From Octopus sinensis (Eukaryota): a stretch of DNA of 64,000 bases. The position numbers and the translations under genes were made by a program. The stretch is from NCBI RefSeq assembly GCF_006345805.1, contig NC_043002.1:65720001-65784000 (forward strand), written 5' to 3'. The notes beneath the pieces are model-generated. The model was not told the DNA's origin and ran no database searches. It saw only the letters and a list, made by a program, of their open reading frames with translations. Positions 62,515 to 64,000 of the stretch are shown here, piece after piece (within the stretch, counting starts at the first letter, position 1; each line of letters begins with the position of its first letter).

Positions 62515-62890
62515 TATTATGTGGTTAAGAAGCTGGCTTTACAACCAAGTGGTTTCTGGTTCTGTTCTACGACGCAACACCTTGGGGGACGTGACTTCTG
62601 CAACAGCACAGGACCGACCAAAAACTTGTGAGTGGATTTGGTTGACGGAAACTGTGTGGAAGCCAGTTATGTGTATGTTCGTGTGTGTATTTGTGTGTGT
62701 GTGTATGTGTGTGTTTTGTGTGTGTATGCGTTATATGAGTGCGTATCTTTATGTTTGTTTTTGTCTCGCACCATAGCTTGACAAAGACAAACGCTGTGGA
62801 TTCGTTTACGACCCTTATTTTAACTTAGCCGTTCAGCCAAAGAGTCCGATAGACTAAATACTAGACTTTAAAGAATAAGTACTAGAGTAG
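62515..62890 (+). mobile_element. SINE family 1 (diverged)
   Basis: Head and body alignable to 63325-63727. Confidence 0.75.
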
Positions 62891-63109
62891 GAGTAGGAGA
62901 AAGAGTAGTGTAAGTGAAGGAAGAGGAGAGAAATAGTAATTCAGTGAAGGAAAAGTAGTGAGAGAGAGAGTGAAAGAGAGAGTGAAAGAAAGTAATAGCA
63001 ATGGAGAAAGGAAGGGGTGATAGATAAGGAAGAAGTGAAAACAAAATCAGCGTTTCAACTCTGTGAGAGTATATGTGTGTATAATTAAAATGGAAGTATG
63101 TAAATGTTT

Positions 63110-63215
<106 letters not shown>

Positions 63216-63324
63216 TGGTAATGGGATGGTGAACGTTCAACACGAAAAGGAAGATCAAACAACGTTTGGTCTTTAAGGAAAAGGTTCAAATCATTTTTTG
63301 TAAAGAGTTAAGTTAAGTTCAACA

Positions 63325-63727
63325 GGCAGTGGAGTGGCTGTGTGGTAAGTAGCTTGCTTAACAACCACATGGTTCCAGGTTCAGTCCCACTACGTGGCGC
63401 CTTGGGCAAGTATTTTCTACTATATACCAAAGCCTTGTGAGTGGATTTGGTAGACGGAAACTGAAAGAAGCCCGTCGTATATATGTATATATATATGTGT
63501 GTGTGTATATGTTTGTGTGTCTGTGTTTGTCACCCCAACATCGCTTGACAACCGATGCTTGTATGTTTACGTCCCCGTAAATTAGCGGTTCGGCAAAATG
63601 AACCGATAGAATAAGTACTAGGCTTACAAAGAATAAGTCGTCGTGGGGTCGATTTGCTCGACTAAAGGCGGTGCTCCAACATGGCCGCAGTCAAATGACT
63701 GAAACAAATAAAAGAGTAAAAGAGTGT
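63325..63727 (+). mobile_element. CORE-type tRNA SINE, family 1, best complete copy (possibly octopus OR2-like)
   Basis: A box GAGTGGCTGTGTGGTAAG, B box GGTTCAGTCCC, CORE-like GCGCCTTGGGCAAGT, tail GGCGGTGCTCCAACATGGCCGCAGTCAAATGACTGAAAC followed by (AAAAGAGT)n. The family name is from recall and unverified. Confidence 0.92.
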
Positions 63728-64000
63728 ACGTTTTTAAGACTTATAATAAATAATGTTGTGTATGAGGTGGTCGAAATTTTAGTCTGTCGACTGTAAATCT
63801 ATTTATAAGTGTTTTACTTTCTCATGTTTGAGGATATGTGTGTATGAGTGTGCGTGTACAAGGAAAATATGTAAATGTTTCACCTGTGATTATTATTACC
63901 TTATTTATATACAAAATACTACAATTAACTTTCATTTTTGACGGTACAGGGTCAGCTAGTATACACTTTTACTTGAAAATCCGCGAAGTAGAAACAGTAC

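Overview
AT-rich, microsatellite-saturated animal genomic DNA. The (TA)n/(CA)n/(TATG)n/(GATA)n load and the SINE content point to a coleoid cephalopod, probably Octopus (inference; no search run). Host-gene content is small: (1) a first coding exon of a secreted protein with a reduced IGFBP/CCN-type N-terminal Cys domain (4043-4493, +), whose later exons I could not find, and (2) an intronless class A GPCR (56950-58079, -) broken by one frameshift between TM6 and TM7. The rest is mobile DNA: five Tc1/mariner copies, a CR1/L2/Proto2-like LINE (two copies), a Tx1/L1-clade LINE sitting in a (TATC)n array, RTE fragments, a Penelope-like RT plus GIY-YIG remnant, a Helentron-like non-autonomous element and three tRNA-derived SINE families. 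The most notable unexplained structure is a set of short non-autonomous elements carrying minimal type I hammerhead-ribozyme folds with a self-complementary stem III. One family has a tRNA (Pol III) head, one has a compensatory G3-C8 core, and at three loci the units are arranged head-to-head as palindromes. Two SINE families visibly share their 3' ends with LINEs in the same window, one of them with the Tx1 element. No CRISPR, rRNA or intact tRNA gene was found. All folds and alignments were done by eye, and ribozyme activity is untested.
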